IMG/VR virus record: IMGVR_UViG_3300050016_000385 | Span: 1 to 59,939 of that record | Source: a virus | Lineage: Duplodnaviria > Caudoviricetes | Direction: 5' to 3' (one strand) | Length of the DNA: 59,939 nt | Shown here: positions 19,801 through 26,342 of the stretch, piece by piece | Layout: every line of letters begins with the position of its first letter | Numbering within the stretch: position 1 is the first letter of the stretch | Position numbers and translations under genes: made by a program | Notes under the pieces: model-generated | Told to the model about the DNA's origin: nothing | Databases searched by the model: none | The model's input: only the letters and a program-made list of their open reading frames with translations

Positions 19801-21927
19801 GAGGTCTTCTTTCGAGATCCGCGCACGGGCAGTCGAGAGGGCTTTCGCGGCGGGAGATTCGTCGGGGATATTGGCTTGGGTGGAACCGAACTTGTACTTC
19901 TCGGCGGGAGTTGTTTCAGTAACGCGCTCACCATTTGCAGCAGGAGACGCCGGAGCCTGGTTCGTCTGCGCCGCGACAGATTCCGGTTCAGATGGAGCGT
20001 TATCTGCGCCTGCATTGGCTGATTCTACCGCCTTCAGCCCTTGAACTTCCTTCGCACCCACAAACCTTTCCGTCTTGCCATCTACCGTGACCGTGACCAC
20101 GGGAGATTTTCCTTGGGGAGAAACGTACTTCACTTCTCCCGAGCGGCCGTCGGGAAGGGTTACGGAGTCACCTTTTTGGAACGAAGACTCTTTTTCACCC
20201 TCCGGAGCACTTGCTGGAGCAACTGATTGAGGAGTTGGGGCGGGGCTTGGTCGAGCAACTGATTCAGTGCCTCCGCTTGGGCCTGTCGGTCGGGCAGCGG
20301 CCAGTGCCGCGGCGGGAGCGTTCGATACTGCTGGGGCAGTTTCACCCCTCGATTCTACCGCAGGCGCGGCTTCTTCCACTTCGTCCGCTCGGAACTCAGG
20401 AATAGCTGCTGCTTGCGTTTCTGTGGGCCGTGTGAAGACAATCCCCTTGCTATCGGTCTGAAGCACCCCCTCGCCAACCATGCGATTCAGAACGGCCTTT
20501 GCATTCTCGTAGCCCAGTTTCAGGTTGCGCTGGAGGACGGTCGGCGACACACGCCCATGCTGGTCTAAGAAGTCTTCGACGGCCGCTTTTGCATTCTCGT
20601 AGGTGAAGGCCTGAGGCGAGACTCCGGGAGGCTGGGCGACTGCTGGAGCGGGTGAAGGTCGGGGAGCTTCTACGGGGGCTTCTGGCGGCGCGGGCGCCGG
20701 TGTCTGCGCGGCTTCGCGGTCGGCTACATACATCGCTTTGGCTACGTCGGGATCGCCGAGAGGCTTGTCCGGGGATGCCGACTTCGCCATGTATTCGGCG
20801 AGTTGGGGGCGAGTCAGCTTCGATATGTCCGCCACTACATCGTCGGCATGGCTGGTTGCTGCTCGGGCGCGGGCGTTGAACTCGGCAGTTGCGGAGGCTC
20901 GTCTGGCGGCTTCTGCGGGAGAAACCTGCGGCAGTTCCGCGCCTGCTCTTTTGTAAGCACCTTTCTGACGTAGGGAGTCGATTATCCCTGGTGGATTCTG
21001 GCGGAGTATCTCTCGTGCCGCATACCGGGCCTCGGCTTCGGATGCGAACGAGACCGGGTTGCGCTGGGCGTCCCGGATGTAGCCGCGCTTCCACAGCAGA
21101 TCGGTGAGCGCGTCTTCGGGACTGGCCGCAGATCGCAACCCGCCGTGAGCAAAACCGCCAGCAAACCCTCCGGCGATGCCACCGACCTCTTGCAGCAGTG
21201 CCTTGGTGTCGGGTGAGGCTTTTACCGCGTCGGCCAGCTTTCCCGCGCCGTAACTTCCTGCCTCAGCGCCAGCACCCGCGAGGAGGGCGAGTTCCGGCTG
21301 TGCGACCGCCCCCGCGATCATCACCGGGGTTGCGACATCCGTCGCTCCTCTCAGAATCTCCGTTGTGCCTCGTTCTGCTTGCTCCTGGTAGGTTCCAGGT
21401 TTCCTGGGATCGGGCGGAAGGTCCTTCACTCCGTGGTAGAGTTCAGCGGCACCGCGATAAGGGCGCAGAAGGGGATCACTGAAACTAAGATCGTAGGCGG
21501 CTTCTTGCGGCGTAGCCTTGCCTGGGTTTGTGAATTTTGGACCCACAGGCACGGGAACGGCCCCCGGCTCCTCTACGTTGACGTTCGGCTGCGCGGGCGC
21601 GGCCAACGTTCGATTCGGCCGCGGCGTGGCGACTACTTGTTCGGGATGCGGATTCTCTAGACTTCCACTCGTGGGCTGGATCGTGAGCGGCATTCTTGCG
21701 CGGCGTTCTTCTTGCTCGGTGATTAAACCTTCAGCGACCGGACGCGGTGCGGGCGGAGTCGGGCCGAGAGAAAGACGCGGAGACACAGGCGCTACCGGGG
21801 CAGGGGACTGCGGACGCGCCACCTGATCGAGCGCAGCCGAAGATTGCTGCGTCGTGGGCGCTTCCTCTACCTGGTCCGCCGAGTAACTCGGGGCTTCTTC
21901 GACTTCGCTGAGTGCGTAGGACGACAT
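13867..21927 (-). CDS. large polyvalent internal virion (ejection) protein: FtsK-gamma-like wHTH, KOW/SH3-like, 2H phosphoesterase, ParB-like, zincin-like domains
   Basis: 2686 aa in the T7 gp16/P22 gp16 position; motifs LQRNLKLGY, HVT/HAT, VVNGHHRY, HEELIH. Confidence 0.85.
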   Translation of the reverse strand: MSSYALSEVEEAPSYSADQVEEAPTTQQSSAALDQVARPQSPAPVAPVSPRLSLGPTPPAPRPVAEGLITEQEERRARMPLTIQPTSGSLENPHPEQVVATPRPNRTLAAPAQPNVNVEEPGAVPVPVGPKFTNPGKATPQEAAYDLSFSDPLLRPYRGAAELYHGVKDLPPDPRKPGTYQEQAERGTTEILRGATDVATPVMIAGAVAQPELALLAGAGAEAGSYGAGKLADAVKASPDTKALLQEVGGIAGGFAGGFAHGGLRSAASPEDALTDLLWKRGYIRDAQRNPVSFASEAEARYAAREILRQNPPGIIDSLRQKGAYKRAGAELPQVSPAEAARRASATAEFNARARAATSHADDVVADISKLTRPQLAEYMAKSASPDKPLGDPDVAKAMYVADREAAQTPAPAPPEAPVEAPRPSPAPAVAQPPGVSPQAFTYENAKAAVEDFLDQHGRVSPTVLQRNLKLGYENAKAVLNRMVGEGVLQTDSKGIVFTRPTETQAAAIPEFRADEVEEAAPAVESRGETAPAVSNAPAAALAAARPTGPSGGTESVARPSPAPTPQSVAPASAPEGEKESSFQKGDSVTLPDGRSGEVKYVSPQGKSPVVTVTVDGKTERFVGAKEVQGLKAVESANAGADNAPSEPESVAAQTNQAPASPAANGERVTETTPAEKYKFGSTQANIPDESPAAKALSTARARISKEDLAGDGIDVGGNHVTVRYGIKGEDVEGVKKYLASLAPFEASLGPTETFPPSEHSDGAAVIHAPIVAPELHQINAELEKHGDFSEPNFDYKPHATVAYVKPEKASRYVGMSVTSGQKFPVSEIAITDRQGNQQVVKLEGKGETTAAAPALPRDLAGAKPRYGYQDKLFQLQFEDPRDLALYTVAQSTPNKAHGRYMEWLRGQFPKLSDEDIVRGGRSIREQIKPLAREGNPAAGPLVIPSRQGEPASKPASETQAPQAETIAAKGETKPVREFAAHEVEEAPAAKKSLAPEPTKPERERQTLGLPPEPGRVGEMNIRDLKVAPNKFQYKLSTDAEGVGTLLKETKVWNPDLAGMVSVWRDLSDGKTYVVNGHHRYELAKRLGVKTLVVRHIVAPTANAARAIGAEQNIADGRGTALDAAKFFRDSAITPADLKEKGISLGEATVAKGVALANLSEPIFNQVVQGDLTQGRAVVIGEATSDPAEQKAVLDLVERKERSGKKVSDDTLSELIRLVKGSGQTTETTADLFGTQQINRSLALEKAEISAHIKQQLAKDKKLFGFVSKGDRASELERGGNKIDVEKSKQLSTGAAQAEEVYNRLSARGGPIANILDESARQLADGDNAASVKSEAYSRIRAEVSKTLGGGEGSGTERHEGTPEPPEGVTHSPKPDDSVDLFSGAQPVFHEPLPLSARTAKDINFDLIETRAGIAPYLRVNDAAAKAISHSLGHAFLGVNIDKASVGRASAALRSAASSAEANKVDAKAIRQLRGLADALDEALDRDPNAGVNLVRQGPREIGTAHEELIHSAQRRAGKGNIGFGVPWQESLKMPAFAELGANSIVPQLRAAGLPAPASTIVAEGIVDIMRGEAALEGVSITDALEAAKVYFESALAHYGIEHLNELQAIQDYANDTERETNVTHHPEVLAIRRAGEAALARTIARGTGKALGRTGATVQSEAQLGTEERNRAPGAKDSGPPDDTGKADKGPSSTTKGPAYSTQPIGLTDEELEDWSKSRGFRVEPAGEQLDIFGGNQSVMRVFRAGRGGKEQKGLVYQSQLDQLSQPKPEPTEPFALTGGETREQQPTLFGAGDLGEIVGNPKAERGIQLPSQQRDRGTSLFKPEHRKEDRESLLTGESGTLTPSLSAAKAVYAKFINRIIDRNLDLGDKYKRVAEHDPAIATMLKEKDNAPRYFHAKAESNVEQVAKGLNESQVRLAAMMADSDSREFLEENHPEQFQEAQDDPAVMDAVKQFKQYQDELAAIRISLGWHVRRDLSTLEDENGDWSVVDRDGNEVETFGKSQKDAQEYAEEVGEVLDHLKRTYPEHKREPLMGRTDEGPSLGASYGGIKAPRPDKKQRIATAQYFYEHGAKDFSGYVKSFTQAYHAALNQKIYDSLTDEATKWKEGTAQPPQIEYRGQTYYSPDVAKSMKLAKPENRPKKILEYRAYDPAKDDKVMIRDFENGWSTTTTGRPGISALDRYLAPKDVVDALEHYDMTRGAEEGNSIRRFFQDQIVGLFGPNIHVLNIMRRLATTVGAGAWDPRVWPYYQRLFFSKELRERMAEGLADDAIDTLSKWGTYTNTKDIGSLHDYVLGNMDPRNWARWTIGKFSKGVLFDPKFLRGFGGLDQKARVLAYDFLHARAGMNEEEAAKNVEDGFGNYNKANWTERMKRWGRALLFPGWDFSSLKWFLRHPIKTALPALVVMGANLALNKAGKNRDSDKYDYSYLHYGDRKYRTGLITEPMALHLVEPILAAGRAALEGGDTRDIAGAAGQGMLRGGGGLAGDLRPDIGVATELLSNRQYLGGEKEIWRPEDANIPGTVLPTRKLEKMLAFSVVKALPAVSRFLDTSFESLDRATVAGSVIGVTNYKSGAEERLKANEAKAMGYSQTLSTLAEREPDAAERFVQEPAKAPYLMFNKDLAELGKDLKSIDTEMERVKIAEIPYADRKRALEDLRTSRSQLLQSADALDEELTTAKLQMKKAAGQ
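16788..17063 (-). CDS. candidate overprinted +1-frame gene (91 aa, helical)
   Basis: MSPITQKFW...LSPEQLLEGLEKHWDELEQQYK...ELKNEIVHLVQRI; GAGAGAG RBS, TATGCT upstream; genome-typical codons in +1 frame. Confidence 0.6.
   Translation of the reverse strand: MSPITQKFWPSGEPGKRLSPEQLLEGLEKHWDELEQQYKAKPSSELKNEIVHLVQRIAAHRTTQGKPIKDLLPRLKALPTPPSPSASPTKS
17790..17993 (-). CDS. candidate overprinted +1-frame gene (67 aa)
   Basis: TATAAT (18019-18024), GGAGG 5 nt before TTG; helical LSAAEKEAVLNDMKEHQSLQKAL. Confidence 0.4.
   Translation of the reverse strand: MQTSSMNPPGNSPTATTPQASNPKPTAASAPKYPKLSAAEKEAVLNDMKEHQSLQKALHTPPSPTIQ
19779..20015 (-). CDS. candidate overprinted leaderless +1-frame gene (78 aa)
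   Basis: TAGAAT (20022-20027) 6 nt before ATG; RLRRLLLQMVSALLKQL. Confidence 0.35.
   Translation of the reverse strand: MQAQITLHLNRNLSRRRRTRLRRLLLQMVSALLKQLPPRSTSSVPPKPISPTNLPPRKPSRLPVRGSRKKTSPETAST
20160..20345 (-). CDS. candidate overprinted leaderless +1-frame gene (61 aa)
   Basis: TAGAAT (20352-20357) 6 nt before GTG; AEALNQLLDQAPPQLLNQLLQQVLRRVKK. Confidence 0.45.
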   Translation of the reverse strand: MKLPQQYRTLPPRHWPLPDRQAQAEALNQLLDQAPPQLLNQLLQQVLRRVKKSLRSKKVTP

Positions 21928-21933
21928 GAACTG

Positions 21934-23313
21934 TTACTGCCCTGCGGGTGCGACGATTGGCTTCTTTGTGGTCGCGTTGAATCCTAAAACTTTGCGCGGC
22001 TTACCTGCGACCATGATTGTGTCCCCGGCTTTCGGCGGGGCTTTCGGAGCGGCATTCGGAGTTGTGTTCGGTTTCGAGGGTGAAGAAGAGGCCTGCAACT
22101 TCGCTCCCGCCTTCGTGAGGCCCAGCATTTTGTCGGCTTCGTCCGACATCTGCTGCACTTTGGGCGCGTACTTCGATTCAAGAGCGTCGTCTACTTGCTT
22201 CTTGGCTGCGCCCAGTTTCTCTGGGTCATATTTCGTGGTGACATCCTTGTCGATTTCCGCGTAGCGCTTGGTGCGCTCGGCTTCCTTCTGGCGGTCGATG
22301 GCTTCCAGTTGCCGCCTTTTGTATTCGGAAACCTGAATCGCTCTCTGAGTGTCCGCCGCCGTGGTGTCTTTCCCGGCGCGGGCCTTGTCCAATTCGTACT
22401 GCTGGATTTCTTTCGCCGTGGGGTTGCGCTTATTCTCTTGTTTGAAGGACGAATACCAGCCGGAGAATTCGCTGGTCGGAGTTTTGTCCTGGTTGGCTCG
22501 GTTGGCGCGCGCCTCGTTCAAATCCTGTTGCGACTTCACCAGTTGCGACTTCGTATCCGCGAGTTCGCCCGCCGTCGCCGCCCGGGATTCCGCCGCTTCT
22601 GCCGTCTTCGTGCGCGCCTCTCCCAGTTGCCCTTCATACGCCTGTCTGGTGGCGTCTTCGTACTGCTTTTCGTTTTCGGTGTCGAGAGTTTTTTGGGTGC
22701 CGATCTGCGTGTTGACGTTCGCTAGGTTTCCTTCCCGCATGGATTCGTCGCGGGAATAGCGGGCGTTGGTGGCTCCGGGGCCGACGTAGATGGGGTTGCC
22801 GGGGTTGCGTCCGAAGCCGCTGGCGAAGTTGACGAGGCTGCCGAGGATTTTACCTTTAGTTCCCATCTTGTAGGTGGGCTTCCCGGTCGCCGGGTCAACC
22901 GCTGAAGGGTCGAGGGGCTTACCATACATGGCCTGCTCTCTCGCCAGATCTGCGAGTTTGGGATTATTCGATCCGGTCGGCGGTGCAGGGATGGAATTCG
23001 GGGTCGTGGGTGCAAGAGCAAGTAAACCGGGCGGCATCTTGCTCGCGTCGAAGGGAATCTTGACATCAGGGGGAGCATTCGAATCTGTTGCTGGCGACTG
23101 GGCAACGGGCACAGGGGGAGCCATGCGGCGTCCAAGCGGCTGCGCTCCTACCGATGGAGCGGAGGGAACAGGAGCAGGTGTGGCCGCACTAGGCGACATC
23201 GCCGGATTCGCCGCCGCTCCCGTATCGAACTGCGCCGCACCCGCGAGCGCCTGCTGTAGCAGGTTCTCGTCTTCGGGTTGTGGGACTTGCTCGTCGTCTT
23301 CTTGGTCTGGCAT
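21934..23313 (-). CDS. probable ejection/DNA-transfer protein
   Basis: 459 aa, Pro/Ala N-terminus, GKILGSLVNFASGFG, long coiled coil; between pilot-like and giant genes. Confidence 0.7.
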   Translation of the reverse strand: MPDQEDDEQVPQPEDENLLQQALAGAAQFDTGAAANPAMSPSAATPAPVPSAPSVGAQPLGRRMAPPVPVAQSPATDSNAPPDVKIPFDASKMPPGLLALAPTTPNSIPAPPTGSNNPKLADLAREQAMYGKPLDPSAVDPATGKPTYKMGTKGKILGSLVNFASGFGRNPGNPIYVGPGATNARYSRDESMREGNLANVNTQIGTQKTLDTENEKQYEDATRQAYEGQLGEARTKTAEAAESRAATAGELADTKSQLVKSQQDLNEARANRANQDKTPTSEFSGWYSSFKQENKRNPTAKEIQQYELDKARAGKDTTAADTQRAIQVSEYKRRQLEAIDRQKEAERTKRYAEIDKDVTTKYDPEKLGAAKKQVDDALESKYAPKVQQMSDEADKMLGLTKAGAKLQASSSPSKPNTTPNAAPKAPPKAGDTIMVAGKPRKVLGFNATTKKPIVAPAGQ

Positions 23314-23315
23314 GG

Positions 23316-23699
23316 TTATCTTTCAGCCGTTACCTGTCCGCCGTTGTCGCGCATCAAACGAAGTTGCTTTATAGCCATACCCCGCGCCCATTCGATAATT
23401 GAGTGAGCAGCGTAAAGGGCAGAATTGTCGGCGGGGCCAAAAGGAACGGGTCCGTACAGCAAAAGATGGTCGTCGGCATCCGAAAGCAACGCCGCTACTA
23501 TAGCGAAGCGCTCCTCGGGTAGAGTCGCATTGTCTAGTAAGTGGTCGATGGCAGACGGCACTCCAAGTCGCAATTGAATCCGCTTCAACATGCAACCGGG
23601 CCCAAAACCAGTCATCGGGGGTAGTGAATTGTGTTTCCGGTCTATCACTGATTCACCGCCTTCTGCATCTACAGCAGCAGCTTCACTGTCAGCCATCAA
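23316..23699 (-). CDS. hypothetical protein inserted among ejection genes
   Basis: 127 aa, visibly more AT-rich, start overlaps upstream stop. Confidence 0.5.
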   Translation of the reverse strand: MMADSEAAAVDAEGGESVIDRKHNSLPPMTGFGPGCMLKRIQLRLGVPSAIDHLLDNATLPEERFAIVAALLSDADDHLLLYGPVPFGPADNSALYAAHSIIEWARGMAIKQLRLMRDNGGQVTAER

Positions 23700-24388
23700 C
23701 CGTGCGGAGTAAAGCCCTTGGCCACTTGCCCAGCCGCCCCGATGGCTGCGGTCAGATCGCCCGGCAATGTGTCCGCAAAACTCGGGTCGGCCGCCGACGC
23801 GGAACTTGCGACCCCAAGGGCCGAATTCGATGCGCCTACGCTGGTTCCATACAAGCCCGCCTGCACTTCGGCCGGCAGCGCCGAGGCTTGCACGCCGTAC
23901 TGGTTCACCGCCGTCAGTTGCGCCAGACGCGAGGCGTCCGCGCCCGCCAACTGGCTGGTGACCGCCTCTTCGCCTTGGCGTTCGGACTCCGCCGCCGTGT
24001 CGGCGTAGCCTGCGGTGTTCGCTCCCGTCTTCAGGGCATTCAGCGCAAGGTTGCCTTTAAGGTTGGTCTCTCCCGCCGCCGCCGTGGTGTTGGCGAGCGT
24101 GTTCTGGTCTTTCATGAACTCGCCGTTCGCCCCATAGGTCGAGCGGCCGAATTTCATGAAGTTGTCGAGGTTGGTGGAATACTTCGAGAGCGCCGAGTTT
24201 GTGCCCGACAACGCGGTGGTGGCGTTCGCCTGGTCTTGTTGCGAGTTGGCGATGCTTTGATTGGCAATCTTGCCGCTGGTGGAACGGTCACAGAGCGCGA
24301 GTGGCCCGGAGTAGTCGAAGCCTTCCTCGCGCAGCACGACTGGCTTTCCGTCAATCCAGATACCTTCGATACGTGTCTTGATGCGCAT
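23696..24388 (-). CDS. probable pilot/ejection protein
   Basis: FDYSGPLALC N-terminal motif, Ala/Gln/Asn-rich helices, C-terminal AAIGAAGQVA. Confidence 0.7.
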   Translation of the reverse strand: MRIKTRIEGIWIDGKPVVLREEGFDYSGPLALCDRSTSGKIANQSIANSQQDQANATTALSGTNSALSKYSTNLDNFMKFGRSTYGANGEFMKDQNTLANTTAAAGETNLKGNLALNALKTGANTAGYADTAAESERQGEEAVTSQLAGADASRLAQLTAVNQYGVQASALPAEVQAGLYGTSVGASNSALGVASSASAADPSFADTLPGDLTAAIGAAGQVAKGFTPHG

Positions 24389-24423
24389 GAGGAGGGTTAC
24401 TCGATTACGCTTTTACGCTTTTC

Positions 24424-24813
24424 TTAACGCAGATCGGCGGCGTAGAGAACGCTTGTGCTGCGGTGAATCCCGACCTTCTTCAACTTGCGGGCGATGCGCT
24501 TTTCGACTTCCGGCGGGACGCAGACATGAATGAAGCGAACCCCGGCGGCCTTGGTGTTGCGCATGATCTCCGGAGCCAGTGTCATCAGTTCTTTCAGAGC
24601 CTCGCGGTCGCAACCTGCCATGCGGAATTCGACCAGCCGCTCCAGTGCCGCAAACTGCACGATCTCGCCCGCCCGGTCCGCGACCAGCCAACTCAGGATG
24701 GCAGGCGCGTCGAAGGCTGGCAGGTCCAACTCCAGCCCGAGTTCCGCTTCGAGTGAGTGATGGCATTGTTGAATGCCGGGATAGTCTTCCGCGGTCGCCG
24801 CGCGCCACTTCAT
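24424..24813 (-). CDS. GNAT-fold-like virion assembly protein (T7 gp13/P22 gp14 position)
   Basis: WRAATAEDYPGI start, WLVADRAGEIV, AAGVRFIHV pattern and synteny. Confidence 0.55.
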   Translation of the reverse strand: MKWRAATAEDYPGIQQCHHSLEAELGLELDLPAFDAPAILSWLVADRAGEIVQFAALERLVEFRMAGCDREALKELMTLAPEIMRNTKAAGVRFIHVCVPPEVEKRIARKLKKVGIHRSTSVLYAADLR

Positions 24814-25067
24814 TTACAGCCGCAGCCTCGATCTTTCAATCCCGCCAGCCGCAGAATATGGCCCTTCGCCGCTTGCTTCTGAGCATGCAGCGTCTCCACT
24901 CTTGACTGGTGGGCTTTCACCTCCCGGTCCAGTTCTTCCGGGGAGCGATGCAGTTCGTGGATCGTCACTACGGAATCGGTTTTCTCATCCCCGCAGCAGC
25001 GCACGGTCACCGCGAGAATGCCGTCCGCCGGCTCCGACACATTCACGATCGCCGATAAGTGGGCCAT
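24810..25067 (-). CDS. hypothetical protein
   Basis: ATG 2 nt after upstream stop; ATGA overlap with next gene. Confidence 0.65.
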   Translation of the reverse strand: MAHLSAIVNVSEPADGILAVTVRCCGDEKTDSVVTIHELHRSPEELDREVKAHQSRVETLHAQKQAAKGHILRLAGLKDRGCGCK

Positions 25068-25069
25068 GG

Positions 25070-26320
25070 TTATTTGCGCAAGTTGTGCGCAATCCAGCCG
25101 TTCGCCAGGGTGTAGCACTGCTCCTCATCGGAGCCGTCTCCGTCAATTTCGAGGTTGAAGACGGAACCGACCAAGCGCGAGATGATCGTGAGAAAAATAT
25201 GCAACGCCTGTACCCAATCGCGTTGCGCCCAGAAACGATGCGGTGGCGTCACTTGCTCCTCGTTGCCCATGTCCCGCATCGGGCCGTCGTAATCGTGCTC
25301 AATCAATCGCCGCACTTGTCGCCAGCCGCGCTGGGTCAGGACTTCATCGTGGCCGCCGATCACGTCGGAAATCTTTTTGATTCCGTCCCGCGTGATGACG
25401 CGAGTGTTCCCGCTGAAGCATGGCCCATTTCCGCCTCCGCCCCCGCCTGTCCCGCCTCCGCCATAGGCCGGCGTCGTAATTGTCCCTAGGAATACTGTGG
25501 CTTCGTTTCCAGTTACTTGCGGGTTGGCGGTGGTGGCGAAGTAAGTTTGTGCGCCGCCCGCATACCTCGCATCGAGGCAGTAGACGTAGTAAACCGTCGA
25601 ATCGAGCAACGGCGTGATGGCGCCGCTGTTATAGTTCACCAGCCCAAGAGTGGCGGGCGAAATCGAGCTGGGGTATTGCACCTGGAAAGAGGCCACGTTG
25701 ATGGTGGCTTGATTCACCCCCGCCCCGGTCGAGGCTGTGAGTGGCTGCGTGGTCGGAGTATAGGCGGCGTTTACCTGGGTCAGTGCAGCCGTTCTGAGCA
25801 GCCCGGACCAGACTCCCACCGGGCCACACTGCTCGGGACTCGAGAAAAACTGCCAGTCGTTCCAGGTCTCTCCGTCATAGGAGCTTTGCAGCCGGAAGAA
25901 GCGGGTGATGTTCGGGTCTTGATCGGTCCACACCAGTTGCGAACTGATGCCGTAATCTTTCAGGTTGGAACTCTGGTCGAAGTTGAGCGTCGTGGCCGAC
26001 TGGAGATGATGGAGAATCGGCGTGTGGGTGCTGTTCGATCCGGCTTGAATCCGGGCCCGCAAGATCGAGACGCTCACCGGCACAACGCTCTGCGGGTTGG
26101 TGACGAAGACGACGAACTTCCCGTCGATGCCGACCACGGTGAACTGCGCCGTCTGCGGAGGCGCGACGGTCGAGGGATTGCCTGCGGGCGCAAGATCACT
26201 CGTTCCGGCCGCCGCCTGCAATGCGTTGATCTCCGCGACTAACGCATTCCAGCCTTGGAACATCTGCTGCGGGTCGCCACTCTTGAAGCCCCCGGCGTAA
26301 CGCGCCAAAGCGGTGCTCAT
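25070..26320 (-). CDS. tail-associated protein with C-terminal Hint (BIL-like) domain
   Basis: Gly-rich linker then CFSGNTRV (Cys 25418-25420), TPPH block B, IAHN followed by LRK-stop. Confidence 0.85.
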   Translation of the reverse strand: MSTALARYAGGFKSGDPQQMFQGWNALVAEINALQAAAGTSDLAPAGNPSTVAPPQTAQFTVVGIDGKFVVFVTNPQSVVPVSVSILRARIQAGSNSTHTPILHHLQSATTLNFDQSSNLKDYGISSQLVWTDQDPNITRFFRLQSSYDGETWNDWQFFSSPEQCGPVGVWSGLLRTAALTQVNAAYTPTTQPLTASTGAGVNQATINVASFQVQYPSSISPATLGLVNYNSGAITPLLDSTVYYVYCLDARYAGGAQTYFATTANPQVTGNEATVFLGTITTPAYGGGGTGGGGGGNGPCFSGNTRVITRDGIKKISDVIGGHDEVLTQRGWRQVRRLIEHDYDGPMRDMGNEEQVTPPHRFWAQRDWVQALHIFLTIISRLVGSVFNLEIDGDGSDEEQCYTLANGWIAHNLRK

Positions 26321-26342
26321 CGTGTCATCGTCAGAGCAGCCT

